Part shown: piece by piece, positions 63,209 through 64,000 of the stretch
How positions within the stretch are numbered: position 1 is the first letter of the stretch
How the letters are laid out: every line of letters begins with the position of its first letter
Assembly: GCA_040954595.2 (NCBI GenBank)
Contig: CM082583.2
Span: 2,365,060-2,429,059, forward strand
Length of the DNA stretch: 64,000 nt
Source: Balanoglossus misakiensis
Taxonomy: Eukaryota; Animalia; Hemichordata
Reading direction: 5' to 3'
Notes under the pieces: model-generated
Seen by the model: the letters and a program-made list of their open reading frames with translations, nothing else
Database searches by the model: none
Told to the model about the DNA's origin: nothing
Translations under genes and position numbers: made by a program

Positions 63209-64000
63209 GTACTGGTAGTATTTGTGGAGTAAAATAGTGTCAGAAAAGTTAAGTCATACAGTGTTTTTGTCAAGGGAGGTACCCTGGTAAATGTTACTAA
63301 GGTTCCCCTTGGTATATCAATGGAGTCAAAATAGTAGGTAGCAGAAACATTACCAGTGTTCCCTGTCCTTAGCAAAAACACTGGTCATACATATAGCATT
63401 CTTCAACTTTGAAAATTATAAGCATTTTTTATATTTGTATGTTACTGTTTCTTTTTTCTCTCTCAAAATGTTTCTCTGAATGCTCATGAAATTCATGTTA
63501 CTATTAAATGCTGCTGATATCTCGAACATTTATTACCTGTCTGAACAAAATAAATTTGCCAGATTTTTGCTCATGTTGTCTTTGTTGAATTGATTGCGGA
63601 AGTGGTTGGAAGTGGTCAGTTACCCATGAAATGACGGCCATACGCATATATGTAAATTTCGACCGCCAACACTTACTGTTCTTGACAAATTTTGCGACTA
63701 TTTCTTTTTGCATTTTTCTGGCTCTCGCAAAAAAAATTATTGTTTGCAAAAATTTCCTGGTTTACACTATTTACTAATTCTGCTGTTTTAGTAACCATGG
63801 TGTTGCTTACTGAGATACACACTGAATTTTTTGGATGTTAAAGCGCAAATGACTACCTGTGGATGTTCAGAATATGAATGACTTGATGTTCAACAGATGT
63901 CATTGAAGTTTGACCTTCAAAAGATGAGAGTACAGGTCTATATGCAGAGAATTACAGAACTTTTGTGTTCGGTTTTAATGTTTCCTCAGATTTCATTTCA

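Overview
AT-rich, intron-rich animal genomic DNA, probably from a marine invertebrate (taxon is an inference). It holds five host genes: the 3' end of EMG1/NEP1 (+), NUDT9 (-), a secreted proteinase K-like S8 subtilase (+), a P2X receptor (-) and internal exons of INTS1 (+). Four of the five carry disabling lesions visible in the sequence. NUDT9 has a 412-bp MITE inside a coding exon, the subtilase has two in-frame stops, P2X has a stop and two missing exons, and INTS1 has a +1 frameshift and no 5' half in the window. The window therefore looks like a decaying duplicated or non-recombining segment. It is dense in DNA-transposon MITEs (TWA, TA, TTAA, AT, 4-bp and 7-bp TSD classes) and has two LINE fragments. 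The most unusual object is an apparently intact 6,013-bp two-gene DNA transposon in P2X intron 1 (46100-52112). It encodes a THAP-HTH-DDE (Harbinger/ISL2EU-type) transposase and a convergent SWIM + YqaJ exonuclease. Its AC...GT termini, repeat-built TIRs and perfect 9-bp TSD differ from the 2-bp TSD known for ISL2EU. All calls come from manual reading and translation; no searches were run.
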